64,000 bases of DNA, from contig CAMYIG010000001.1 in the NCBI GenBank assembly GCA_947258425.1, forward strand, positions 866 to 64,865, in the 5' to 3' direction. The translations under genes were made by a program, and so were the position numbers. Positions 9,637-20,300 of the stretch are shown here, one piece after another. Numbering within the stretch: the stretch's first letter is position 1; the number at the start of each line of letters is the position of its first letter. The notes under the pieces were generated by a model that saw only the letters and a program-made list of their open reading frames with translations, was not told where the DNA came from and made no database searches. Origin of the DNA: an uncultured Gammaproteobacteria bacterium (GTDB taxonomy: Bacteria > Pseudomonadota > Gammaproteobacteria > SZUA-140).

Positions 9637-10866
9637 ATGCAACACAGACCACAGACAACACCCTCGGCAATACTGCTCATTTTAACGCTACTGGTCACCC
9701 CCGCGTTAGCGTACGCCACAGCGCCCTGTGACGAAAACCATGAAGATATCCCCGCCATTGCGCTTGAAGAAGTTGTCAGCGGCCTGTCACTGCCAGTACA
9801 TATCACCCATGCAAACGATGCAAGTGGGCGATTGTATGTGGTTGAACAGCGAGGAGTGATCAAGATCATTAGTCAGGGGCGCCAAACGCTAAGCGACCCA
9901 TTTCTGGACATCAGAAATCGCGTTGCCAGCGGCGGTGAAAAAGGGTTATTAAGCTTGGCATTCCACCCAGATTATCGTAAAAATGGCTTTTTCTTCGTCA
10001 ACTACACACAAAAAATCGCTGGCAAACTCAACACCGTCATTTCGCGTTTCAGTCGTAATACGAAAGATCGTGCAGACATCAACAGCGAAGTTATCTTGCT
10101 GCGCATTTCACAACCTTACGATAATCACAATGGTGGCCAGCTTGTATTTGGCCAGGATGGCTATCTTTACATCGGTATGGGCGATGGCGGCTCACAAAAT
10201 GACCCGCATAATAACGCACAGAATCCAGCCACACTATTGGGCAGCTTACTCAGAATTGATGTAAACACGAGCGATGATCAAACATCAGTGCCTTATACCA
10301 TCCCACAGAATAATCCATTCGTCGGCAAAAAAGGCTTCCGCGGTGAGACGTGGGGTTATGGCCTGCGCAACCCATGGCGCTTCTCTTTTGATGCGCTCAC
10401 CGGCCAATTATATCTGGCCGATGTTGGGCAAAATGATATGGAAGAGATCAACCTCATTCAACGCGGTGGAAATTATGGCTGGAATATCATGGAGGGAGAT
10501 ATCTGCACACCCGCTGTAAAAGCCCCGTGCCAGCGAGACGGCATGATCCCCCCATTACATACCTATTACCACTCAAAAGGCTACTCCATTACGGGCGGCT
10601 TTGTTTACCGAGGTAAAGAGATCCCTTCACTCTGCGGCACTTATCTTTATGCCGACTATGTCACTCAACGGATATGGGGCATGAGGCACCACGACGGAAA
10701 ACTACTGGCCGAGGCTGAAATCTATCGCCCCTCGCTTACAGACAAAATCGCCCGCAAACTGGGAAAGTACAACCTCAACATCAGTAGCTTTGGCGAGGAT
10801 GAAAACTTCGAACTCTACATCGCGGAACATACATCGGGGAAAGTTTTCAAGATTGTCGCCCAGTAG
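9637..10866 (+). CDS. PQQ-dependent (soluble) sugar dehydrogenase, beta-propeller, secreted
   Basis: Signal peptide, then GLLSLAFHPDY, HNGGQLVFGQDGYLYIGMGDGG, GLRNPWRFSFD and GGNYGWN, all typical of the GSDH/YliI family. Confidence 0.8.
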   Translation: MQHRPQTTPSAILLILTLLVTPALAYATAPCDENHEDIPAIALEEVVSGLSLPVHITHANDASGRLYVVEQRGVIKIISQGRQTLSDPFLDIRNRVASGGEKGLLSLAFHPDYRKNGFFFVNYTQKIAGKLNTVISRFSRNTKDRADINSEVILLRISQPYDNHNGGQLVFGQDGYLYIGMGDGGSQNDPHNNAQNPATLLGSLLRIDVNTSDDQTSVPYTIPQNNPFVGKKGFRGETWGYGLRNPWRFSFDALTGQLYLADVGQNDMEEINLIQRGGNYGWNIMEGDICTPAVKAPCQRDGMIPPLHTYYHSKGYSITGGFVYRGKEIPSLCGTYLYADYVTQRIWGMRHHDGKLLAEAEIYRPSLTDKIARKLGKYNLNISSFGEDENFELYIAEHTSGKVFKIVAQ

Positions 10867-10886
10867 ATACCCCATATCCGCCACCG

Positions 10887-11537
10887 ATGATTAAGGCGCT
10901 TTTTCCCTCACAAGTTGTCACCGTCACGGCAACGCCTGCCATGTGGGATGGCAAACTCTACCCCGAAGAGGCCGCTTTCATCCAGAAAGCGGTCATTAAA
11001 CGGAGACGCGAATTCACTGCTGGTAGACTATGTGCAAAAGCGGCGTTAAAAGCATTGGGGGTCACCGGCTTTCCAGTGCTGTCAGGGGGAGAGCGTGAAC
11101 CACTCTGGCCACCCGGCATCACCGGTAGCATCTCCCATTGCGATGACTATTGCGGAGTCGCACTGGCGCGTCAAGCAACGCTCACAAGCATTGGGCTAGA
11201 CATTGAAACCATTAGACCGTTAGACGACGACCTCGAAGCGATGATCTGCACACCGCAGGAAATAACACGCGCTAACCTATCTCCACCACCCTCAGGCAGC
11301 AATTGGCAAAAATTTATATTCAGTGCCAAAGAGTCTGTCTATAAATCACTGTTTCCAGTCACGCGAATTTACCTGGATTTTCAAGACCTCGACATAACCT
11401 TCGACAGTGACAGGTTGCAATTTTCAGCCACTCTGCTCACCCAGCTTCCAACAGAATATAACCTGCCAGACACCCTGACTGGCCACTTCAGGTACAACGA
11501 AAGTCACATCTTTACCGGAATTTCACTATCCCAATAA
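10887..11537 (+). CDS. 4'-phosphopantetheinyl transferase (EntD/Sfp type)
   Basis: WPPGITGSISHC, GLDIE and FSAKESVYKS motifs. Converges on the end of the NRPS operon (2 nt gap). Confidence 0.85.
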   Translation: MIKALFPSQVVTVTATPAMWDGKLYPEEAAFIQKAVIKRRREFTAGRLCAKAALKALGVTGFPVLSGGEREPLWPPGITGSISHCDDYCGVALARQATLTSIGLDIETIRPLDDDLEAMICTPQEITRANLSPPPSGSNWQKFIFSAKESVYKSLFPVTRIYLDFQDLDITFDSDRLQFSATLLTQLPTEYNLPDTLTGHFRYNESHIFTGISLSQ

Positions 11538-11539
11538 AC

Positions 11540-12142
11540 CTAATATTTACCCAGAATAAGCCGCGCCTCACCCAGTAACATTGAGGGGTCATCCGCTGAT
11601 ACCGCTTTATAGACAGCCATTACATCCACATAATAAGTATTCCCAATCCCCCCTGAGCATGGCGGCAAATAACCGCCTACATCACCGCGATCGCTTCGGT
11701 GAAGTGCCTCAACATAAACGCCTTCCGGCAGGGCAGTGGTCTCAGCCGGAACAGAAGGGAACACAATGGAAGTCGTATCATTCGCCAGCGACATTCCTAT
11801 AACGCCATGGCCACCATTCAGCATCGGCTCGTAAGTTAAATCCCCAAATGCGAGCAGCACAGCATTTGCCTGTAATGGAATGTCAGAAATTAAGAGTGAA
11901 GGACTAGCCCCGCTGCCACCAAAATTGCGGCACTGCTGACCGTCTGGCACCGAGACCCCATCCCATTCTGAATCTGTGAAAGCGACCGCCAGTTGTGCGA
12001 CCTGTTCAGCTGGCGGGTAGGCACTCAATGGCAACTCAGGTTTGGCATCACGTTTAACGTAGAAAATAATGCCGACAAGCAGCCCTATAAAAATGATCGT
12101 GGACAGCAGGTATATCAGTTTATATGACTTATTAATATGCAT
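11540..12142 (-). CDS. Membrane-anchored periplasmic protein, possibly PEBP (YbhB/YbcL)-like
   Basis: N-terminal TM LIYLLSTIIFIGLLVGIIFYV. GGSGASPSLLISDIPLQANAVLLAFGD and GGYLPPCSGGIGNTYYVDVMAVY loosely parallel the YbhB blocks GDNISPxLxWxxVP...D and GYxGxxPPxGxHRYxFxVxAL. Last gene of the NRPS operon. Confidence 0.35.
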   Translation of the reverse strand: MHINKSYKLIYLLSTIIFIGLLVGIIFYVKRDAKPELPLSAYPPAEQVAQLAVAFTDSEWDGVSVPDGQQCRNFGGSGASPSLLISDIPLQANAVLLAFGDLTYEPMLNGGHGVIGMSLANDTTSIVFPSVPAETTALPEGVYVEALHRSDRGDVGGYLPPCSGGIGNTYYVDVMAVYKAVSADDPSMLLGEARLILGKY

Positions 12143-12169
12143 TTAACCAACCCGGGGAGCTCTCAAACC

Positions 12170-13009
12170 TTAGTCTCTATTTAATTCGCGCGCATAAGCT
12201 TGCGCCATCCAGCCACTAATAGTCTCAATTAACTTTTCTTTATCTTTTCTCAGGATATAGGTGTGGTCTGATTCCGGAAAATAATTAACCTGTAGCTGGT
12301 CATTAAAATTCACGGCGCTGAACATATCCTTAAATTGTCCGGCATAATTATAGTCCTCATGGCCGCCACTGTAGACATACAACAGGTTTACTTTGCGCTC
12401 AACCAACTCGCGCAACTCTGCCTCGGTCTGTTGCTTTGGGGGTAATACCCAGAAGTAATCATCCTGACCTGGTCCATCGTCGACACCATCCCCTGAGGGT
12501 GAAATTAGACGTTTAATTCGGTTAAACCATCCACTCAACGAAAACAGACGGGCGCCATAGCGGCGCATCAGAAATGCAGGGGTACGATATGCGTAGCCGT
12601 CAAGAAAAATGGCACCGACCACTCGAGGGTCAATCACAGCCCCCTTATGCGCATTGGCAGCGCCGGTACATAACCCAAACAGGATGAACTTTTTGACGCC
12701 GTATTTACTCGTAAAGAAATCCATTGCAGCCTGAATATCACCAATGATCTGTTCTTCATAAGCACGCGTATCTTTATGCTTCTGGCTATCACCAATCCCA
12801 GATAGATCGAACCGAAAGGATCGCACACCCTGCACTGCTAAACGACGGGCTAATTCAACATGTAACCTAAAGGGGCCGACTCGATGGAGTAAGCCTGCAT
12901 TGAGCATAATAACGGCAGGCAACGTATCGTTAGCGACGGCCTCATCCACTTCGGTCGCAATGCCAACGAGGTCTTTATCCTGCCCAAAAGTAAATACGCG
13001 CTCCATCAC
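12170..13009 (-). CDS. Alpha/beta-hydrolase fold protein with a cysteine nucleophile elbow (GLCTG)
   Basis: AVIMLNAG, FDLSGIGDS, elbow FILFGLCTGAANA, and candidate acid/His residues (GGHED, ESDHTY). Start overlaps the upstream gene stop (ATGA). Candidate exosortase A-associated hydrolase family member. Confidence 0.7.
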   Translation of the reverse strand: MMERVFTFGQDKDLVGIATEVDEAVANDTLPAVIMLNAGLLHRVGPFRLHVELARRLAVQGVRSFRFDLSGIGDSQKHKDTRAYEEQIIGDIQAAMDFFTSKYGVKKFILFGLCTGAANAHKGAVIDPRVVGAIFLDGYAYRTPAFLMRRYGARLFSLSGWFNRIKRLISPSGDGVDDGPGQDDYFWVLPPKQQTEAELRELVERKVNLLYVYSGGHEDYNYAGQFKDMFSAVNFNDQLQVNYFPESDHTYILRKDKEKLIETISGWMAQAYARELNRD

Positions 13010-13788
13010 TTAGCACCCTCCGAAAGCATCATCACAATATCCTGCAATAATGTACTGAGTAGTAGTGCTGATTCGAGTTCTGATAACGCATCCCAATTGC
13101 CAGCGTCATCAATCACGCGGTATTCGACATCGGCACTCTGTAAACAATCGTAAAGCGCTTGATACTCGTCTTTAGCATCAGAACCTACTATAAATACCCG
13201 CTTTGCTTTCGCTAAAAAATCTTTTTTCAGATCTAATGCTTCAATCTCAGAACACATTTCCTCAGAAAATGAAAAACCCAACAGTTCATTTTCGCCTTCG
13301 CCCTGCCGAGGTACGCTAAAACGATCAGGGTCAGCCAACATCTGCTGATGCATAGACTTTTGTGACGCGATGTAGTCTCGTCCACTGACCACGGGATCCC
13401 AGAGCACGAGCTCTTCAATATTCAAAGACTCTATTGAGGACGCAATCACAGCCCCCAGGCGCAACCCCACTAATGACACTCGCGTATTGCCCGACAGGCT
13501 CTTTAACTCTTCCACCGCCATCGAGACATCTTCGCAGCTTTGTGTCAGACGCCACTCTTCTGACGAGCCAGATGAATCACCCGTTCCATAGTAATCAAAT
13601 CGAAGCACATGAAAACCGGCCTTCGCCAGCAGGTCGGCCAGGCGATTAAACATTTTAAATGACCGCATGTATTCCTGGCCGAATGGATAGCAAAGCACAA
13701 CACTCGTATCTCGTAAGTCACGAGATCTTGGCGGGTGATAGATGCCAAACAGCTGCTTATTGGAAGCGCCAAAAAAGAATGGATTCAT
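13006..13788 (-). CDS. Alpha/beta-hydrolase fold protein with Ser replaced by Arg at the elbow (GLRLG)
   Basis: VVLCYPFGQE, FDYYGTGDSSG, elbow VSLVGLRLGAVIA. No obvious C-terminal catalytic His. Candidate second member of the exosortase A-associated hydrolase pair. Confidence 0.65.
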   Translation of the reverse strand: MNPFFFGASNKQLFGIYHPPRSRDLRDTSVVLCYPFGQEYMRSFKMFNRLADLLAKAGFHVLRFDYYGTGDSSGSSEEWRLTQSCEDVSMAVEELKSLSGNTRVSLVGLRLGAVIASSIESLNIEELVLWDPVVSGRDYIASQKSMHQQMLADPDRFSVPRQGEGENELLGFSFSEEMCSEIEALDLKKDFLAKAKRVFIVGSDAKDEYQALYDCLQSADVEYRVIDDAGNWDALSELESALLLSTLLQDIVMMLSEGAK

Positions 13789-13929
13789 TTTTAAATCTCA
13801 AACGCCAAAAAGAAAGTGAGGTGCCACTTATAAAAACCTAAAATAGCACTCATCATAAAAAACCATTATAAGCATAAATACTGTTATCCCGAAACTGACC
13901 TATCATCAAGCATTCAAAAACAAGCACAT

Positions 13930-16900
13930 CTATTTATTGAGCAACCTATTTTTAATTTTATTAAAAAAACCGGGAGATGCCGCAGCTTTTCGCTCAACGT
14001 TCGCTGACGAATCGACCGATCGTTGTTGTTGCCCCCCTGTGTCCTGTATATCAGGCTTACTGTCCACATCAGGAAGCGAATGCGTTGCCGCAATGGCTCC
14101 CAGCGACTCCATCAATAAAACCCTTGGTGAAATCACAACCGCGGTCTCTTTCCGAATGCGTTCAATCACCTTCATCGACAACAATGAGTGCCCACCCAGA
14201 TCAAAAAAATTATCGTGCACACTCACTCGTTCAATACCCAGTGCTTCACACCACACGGTAGCAAGGTATTTTTCTGTCCCTGTTTCAGGGGAGACATACT
14301 CATCATTTTCATAACTATCACCAAAGGGCGCTGGTAAACGTTTCCGATCTAATTTACCGTTCGGTGTCACCGGAAAACCGTCCATTTCAACGATGTGCTG
14401 AGGCACCATATATTCGGGTAACAGGGCACGCAAGTGCGTCCTTATTTCTGTCACTGTGGCGCCTTCGCCTCGCTTATAAATAAGATAGGCCACCAGGCGA
14501 TGATCACCAGGACGATTTTCCCAGACGTTCACTACAGCTCGCTCAATGGCATCATGTTCGCTGAGCGCAGACTCAATCTCACCCAGCTCTATTCTAAAGC
14601 CTCGCACCTTTACCTGATTATCAATACGTCGCATGTACTCAACATTACCATCATCGTGATAGAACGCGAGGTCACCTGTGCGATAGAGTCGACTATTTTC
14701 ATCAAATGGATTTGGAACAAAACGCTCTGCCGTCAATTCTGGGCGATTCAGATAATCGCGCGCAAGGCCAGCGCCACCAATATAAATCTCACCCGGGACA
14801 CCAACAGGCACAGGAAGGAGATGCTCATCAAGCAGATAAATCTGCGTGTTTTCGATCGGTCGACCGATCAATACTGTTGCCTCATCCGCATCACGTTTCA
14901 CTTGATAACGCATCGACCATACTGTCGTTTCTGTCGGGCCATAGAGATTCCATAACTCATCGCATTTTTCAACAAGTTGGCTTGCCAGTTCACGCGGCAT
15001 TGCTTCACCACCGCATAATACCTTCAGGCCTGATGTGCCCTGCCAATCTGATTCCAGTAGTAAACGCCAGGTAATCGGGGTTGCCTGCATAACAGTGATA
15101 TTTTCACTGGCGATAAGCGCCAGTAGACGGGTGCCATCAGAAGCCGCATCACGACTTGCGATGACCGTTGTAGCACCGGTCGTCAGTGGCAAATAGAGTT
15201 CAAGTACTGCAATATCAAAAGAGATAGTGGTCACAGCAAGCAGACGATCAACTTCTGTCAAACCTGGCGCACGCCGCATCGCACAAAGAAAGTTGACCAC
15301 GGCACGGTGCGGCAGCGTCACTCCCTTGGGCTTTCCGGTTGAACCGGATGTATAAATCACGTAAGCAAGATCATCAGATTGACCTTGCTTTAGCGGGTTT
15401 CGATCATCTTCTGCAGCAATCTTCGACCAGTCACTATCGATAAAGACGGTGCGCCCCGCATAACCCGTCAGACGTTCTTTTAACGCCGCCTGAATCACCA
15501 CTAACGGGGCCTGACTATCGCTCAACATATATGCCAGACGTTCTGTTGGATACGCAGGATCAAGCGGCACGTAAGCGCCCCCTGCTTTCAAAATGCCCAA
15601 CAACCCCACCATCATATCCAGTGAGCGCTCAACACATATGCCGATTAGTTGGCCGGGCTCGACACCTGCTTTAATTAAATAATGCGCTAGCTGGTTTGCT
15701 CGCTTATTTAGTTCGGCATAACTTAAATGCTTATCCTCAAAAACGCATGCGGATTTATCGGGAAAACGTTCAACTTGCGCCTCGAAGAGCTCATGCAGCT
15801 TGCTTTCAGCAGGAAACACTACGTTTGTGTTGTTCCACTCATTAATAATAAGTGACCTCTGCTCATCATCAAGTAACGACAGTGTTGCCAATTTTGCATC
15901 AGGTTGCTCAACAACCCGCATGAGCAGCACCTCAAACAGTTTAACCAAACGTTCAATGGTGTGTGCCTCGAATATATCAGCATTATATGCTAGTGCACCT
16001 GAAATTCCATCCGCGCTATCAGACAACATTAAATCAAGGTCAAAATGAGCAGTACCTCTTTCAAATTGATATTCACTCACTTCCACGCCAGACAAAGGAA
16101 AGTTATCGCACAAGGTTTCATTATGAAGCATAAACATCACCTGAAACATTGAGGTATGATTCAATGCTCGATGATGAGGAATCTTCTCCAGAATACTTTC
16201 GAACGGAAGATCCTGATGCGAAAAACAATCGACAGTAGACTCAGCAACATGCTCGACAATATCTCTAAACGTTGAGTCTGATGAAAACTCTGTACGCATC
16301 ACCAGATTATTAGAAAAATCCCCGAACATACTATCTAACTCTGGTCGGCTGCGGACCGTCGGTGACATACCCGTTAAAATATCTTCCTGGTTAGTATAGC
16401 GATACAGCAGACACTGGAATGCAGATAACAGCGACATAAATAAAGTCGAACCTAACGTTCCGCTTAATATTTTAAGTTGCTGGGAAAGCGTCTTCGGCAA
16501 TAAAAACCGATGGGTCCTACCCTTAAATGACATCACTCTTGGCCGCGGATGATCAGTCGGTAGATCAAGCACCGTGTTCGCATCCTGTAGATAGGCTTTC
16601 CAGTACTCCAGCTGGTTATTCACCTCATTAGACGCCAGCCAGTACTTTTCCCATAATGCAAAGTCACGGTACTGCGCAATGAAATTATCACCAGCCCCAT
16701 CGCCTACAGGGTTAGAGCCATCCGTTTTATGCGCGTTATAAGTAGTACTTATCTCGTTAACAAGTAACCGTACAGAAAGACCATCCATTGCGAAATGATT
16801 CGTTGTCATGATGAACACATGCTCATCTTCCGCCAACTGAATAACCAACACCCGTAAGTTAATATCATTGGTAAGATCAAACGGCGTACTAATTTCAGCA

Positions 16901-17325
16901 TTCACCGTTTCGAGCAGTTGACGTTCTTGCGCCTCAGAGGAGATAGCCTTCAAATCATCAACGACCATGCTAAACAGCGTCGATGGCAACAACTTCTGAT
17001 AAAGTTCATCCTCGCCCTCTAAACAGGCAGTTCGTAACACTTCATGACGTTGTACTACCTGCTGAAGACTTTTCTCGAGAATTGTAAGATCTAACTCACC
17101 CTTGAGTCGCACTATAAAAGATTCATTATAAGCAGAGCTTGCAGGATCCATCTGATAGATAAACCAGAAACGTCGTTGCGCTGATGACAAAGGCACCATT
17201 ACATCTTCAGCAACACGTGGCAGCGGTAATTGTTTCAATCCAATCTCGATGTCATCCAGCATTACGTCAAATAATTCGAGCTGATCTGAAGAGAGCGCAT
17301 CCAGCGCTTGATATACATCCTTCAT
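13930..17325 (-). CDS. NRPS3: C-A(Gly-like)-T, no TE/R/terminal C domain
   Basis: - C domain about 15886-17208: LSSAQRRFWF, NHFAMDGLS.
- A domain about 14326-15828: LAYVIYTSGSTGKPKGV, NLYGPTETT, YRTGDL, PNGKLDRK.
- T domain about 14086-14298: FFDLGGHSLL.
- Then a 51 aa tail.
- Hand-derived code DILQLGLVW(K).
- The ATG overlaps the NRPS2 stop (ATGA). Confidence 0.92.
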   Translation of the reverse strand: MKDVYQALDALSSDQLELFDVMLDDIEIGLKQLPLPRVAEDVMVPLSSAQRRFWFIYQMDPASSAYNESFIVRLKGELDLTILEKSLQQVVQRHEVLRTACLEGEDELYQKLLPSTLFSMVVDDLKAISSEAQERQLLETVNAEISTPFDLTNDINLRVLVIQLAEDEHVFIMTTNHFAMDGLSVRLLVNEISTTYNAHKTDGSNPVGDGAGDNFIAQYRDFALWEKYWLASNEVNNQLEYWKAYLQDANTVLDLPTDHPRPRVMSFKGRTHRFLLPKTLSQQLKILSGTLGSTLFMSLLSAFQCLLYRYTNQEDILTGMSPTVRSRPELDSMFGDFSNNLVMRTEFSSDSTFRDIVEHVAESTVDCFSHQDLPFESILEKIPHHRALNHTSMFQVMFMLHNETLCDNFPLSGVEVSEYQFERGTAHFDLDLMLSDSADGISGALAYNADIFEAHTIERLVKLFEVLLMRVVEQPDAKLATLSLLDDEQRSLIINEWNNTNVVFPAESKLHELFEAQVERFPDKSACVFEDKHLSYAELNKRANQLAHYLIKAGVEPGQLIGICVERSLDMMVGLLGILKAGGAYVPLDPAYPTERLAYMLSDSQAPLVVIQAALKERLTGYAGRTVFIDSDWSKIAAEDDRNPLKQGQSDDLAYVIYTSGSTGKPKGVTLPHRAVVNFLCAMRRAPGLTEVDRLLAVTTISFDIAVLELYLPLTTGATTVIASRDAASDGTRLLALIASENITVMQATPITWRLLLESDWQGTSGLKVLCGGEAMPRELASQLVEKCDELWNLYGPTETTVWSMRYQVKRDADEATVLIGRPIENTQIYLLDEHLLPVPVGVPGEIYIGGAGLARDYLNRPELTAERFVPNPFDENSRLYRTGDLAFYHDDGNVEYMRRIDNQVKVRGFRIELGEIESALSEHDAIERAVVNVWENRPGDHRLVAYLIYKRGEGATVTEIRTHLRALLPEYMVPQHIVEMDGFPVTPNGKLDRKRLPAPFGDSYENDEYVSPETGTEKYLATVWCEALGIERVSVHDNFFDLGGHSLLSMKVIERIRKETAVVISPRVLLMESLGAIAATHSLPDVDSKPDIQDTGGQQQRSVDSSANVERKAAASPGFFNKIKNRLLNK

Positions 17326-20300
17326 TTCACGACTCCTTTTTGCTCAACTAAACTGCGCGCGCTCAGTTGGTCACTCACTTCCCCTTTCGACAACTGTTTA
17401 ATCCGTTCAATCAGCCCTATCACACGCGAGTTAACATCCTCTTTAATCGCTACATTATTTTCACCATTCCGATATATTGCGCCACCCAATAGTGAGTGCA
17501 CAAAATAATGCCGCTCTTCAACATCAAACAACGCTCTAACCTTGTCAAAGTTTGCACCACCAATCTGACAAACAGCCAAATCGTGCTCACGCGCAGATTC
17601 ATCAATAAGGTGTGCGATGATCCCTGTTTCGAGTTTAGCCAGATAAGTAGAATACTTACCATAAGATGGCGCAACGGCACCAAGATCAGTGACAAAAAAT
17701 AGTGAAAATGCAGCTTCATCATAGATAGGAGTATTAACATACGGGACATGAATCGCGCGACTGATCTGCGCATCCTTTGTTAACGTGACCAAACGATGTT
17801 CAATGGGATGATAATAATATGTGCCCGCAGGAATGCCTTCGATTCTTCCTGGTTTAACATGCAGATAAACCTGCGTAGCGTAAAGCCCACCAGGGGAGGA
17901 ATAAAGATACTTTGGTTTACCATCCACCTCTATCTGATAAAAACATGACAGAAAATCACTAAACTGATCAAAAGGGATACACTCCAGTGAAAAACGTCGA
18001 TGACTAAAACGGTTCGCATATTTTTTCCTGAACGCTTCATCATCCACTGGTTTTTTGAGTTGTAAAAACTCTTTGCCTTCATCATTTTTTCGTATACCGG
18101 GCTGCGAATTCTTAAATGCCTCTCGCTCCGCGGGGTCGCGTAACTGCTGATATGAGGCAATCAGTGCTTTGACGCCCGAAAGTTCGCCTTCATCCTCGAC
18201 CGTTTTTTCCTTGTTGTCCTGCGCGCTATTGCTACGACAATAATCAGCAATGGCATTGACACTCTGAAGACGAAATATCTCATCCATACGCGGCCGAAAA
18301 CCAAACATCTTCTCCAGTTGATTACCAATCTTCACCATATCAAGCGAATTGGCACCCATTGATATCAGGTTCGCTTCATTCGACAGGTTATCCATTGATA
18401 ACAGCTCACAGATCATCGCATTCAACTGCGTAACAATCTCAGAATTATTAGCGGAGAGTGCGCTCTCTGAAGGACTGTCCTGCGGCTCCGGAAGTGATTT
18501 TCGATCCACTTTTCCGTTACGTGTCAGTGGCAGCTCATCCAGCGTTATAAACATGGCAGGCACCATGTAGTCTGGAAGTCTGCTAGCGAGATGTTCACGC
18601 AATTTATTTTCATCGATGGCATATCCCGGCGCCTTAACGAGATAAGCCAGCAGTCGCTGTTTTCCCGTCTGCGCAACCGTTACAACAGCGCTTATCACTG
18701 ACTCATGCTGTTGCAGTGCAGCCTCTACTTCACCACACTCAATCCGCTGCCCCTGAATCTTTATCTGAAAATCGGTACGGCCGACAAATTGAATATTGCC
18801 ATCGGGGAGGTAACGTCCAAGATCGCCAGTACGGTAAATCCGTTCACCAGTCTCCGGATGTTTTACAAATTTTTCAGCGGTTTTCTGTTCGTCCTGCCAG
18901 TACCCCATCGCAACGCCGATGCCGGCGACACACATCTCACCAGCCACCCAGTCAGGACACGGCGCAAGCGCCTCATCAAGAATATAATAGCGAGTATTCG
19001 CGATCGGCTTTCCGTATGGGATGCTTTTCCACGTGGGGTCAATCTGCTCAACGGGATACCAGATATTCCAGAGTGTCGTCTCCGTCGGCCCACCCACACT
19101 CACCAGTTGCGCACCTGTTTCTTTTTTAAGCCGCGCTGGCAACCCCAGTGGAATCCAGTCCCCCCCCAGAAATGCAGTCCGTAGACTATCGGGCGCGGTA
19201 CCGGGGTGACTCTCTACGTAGCACAGCAGCATATCCATCATTGCCGGTACAGAATTCCAGATGGTGGGCCTAAACTTCTGCATCATATCCACCCAATGAG
19301 CCGGGTCTCGACGCTCTTCTGGATCGGGCATCACGATTGAGCCGCCAGCACCCAGCATGCCAAACATGTCATAAATCGACATGTCATGATGCAGTGCAGT
19401 GACCGCTAATACACGGTCATCCGAACCCACATTAAAACAGCGGTTGGTTTCAACGATGGCATTCACCACGCCTCGATGGTTTAACATCACCCCTTTCGGT
19501 GTTCCGGTCGAACCAGAGGTATAGATGACATAAGCAAGATCATCTGGGGTCTGCAAATGAGCTAATGGCCCATCATCATATTCAGCGATATCATCGCTAT
19601 CCACACATAGCAGGGTTAAACCTTCAGGCCAGTTAATTTTATCAACCAACCACGACTGCGTTAATACTAGTTCAACGCCACTATTTGCTAACAACTTGCA
19701 TAAGCGCTCGCTCGGCTGCAAGGCATCCATTGGCGCATAGGCAGCACCCGACTGCAGCACACCATAGGCCGCAACCGCTTGCTCCCATCCTTTATCCATT
19801 ACAATCGCGACCAGCTTATTCGGCATGGCGTTCAGTTCACGTAAGCGTCTTCCCCAGCGGTTTGCTAACCCCAATAACTCTCTATAATTTAATGTTCGTT
19901 GAGTGGTAATCACGGCATCACTATCACCGGCTGTTTCAGCATGCGCAATAAACAGGTCTTGCAGCAGCCCTTGTGGCACATCGCGCTGATTATCATTGAC
20001 CTGTGCTCGACGTATTTTCTGCGACTCAGGCAGTAATCTCGTCGTAATCTCAAGCCAGCTCGCCTGCCATGCAGATTGATCAGCGGCTAGCCACTCCAGT
20101 AGCTGAATATAGGCATGTCCCATATCCTCCTGCAGCCCATCCGGGAAAAGCTCGCTGACATAGTCCCAGTCAACACCTAAGACACCCTTATATTCATAAA
20201 TATGATTATCAAGCCAGACCTGCGGCGTCTGATTAACGGCAAAAGTGACATTACCAATCAATCTTGCCGCATTAACGGTATACGCACTCGTGCCATCGGG

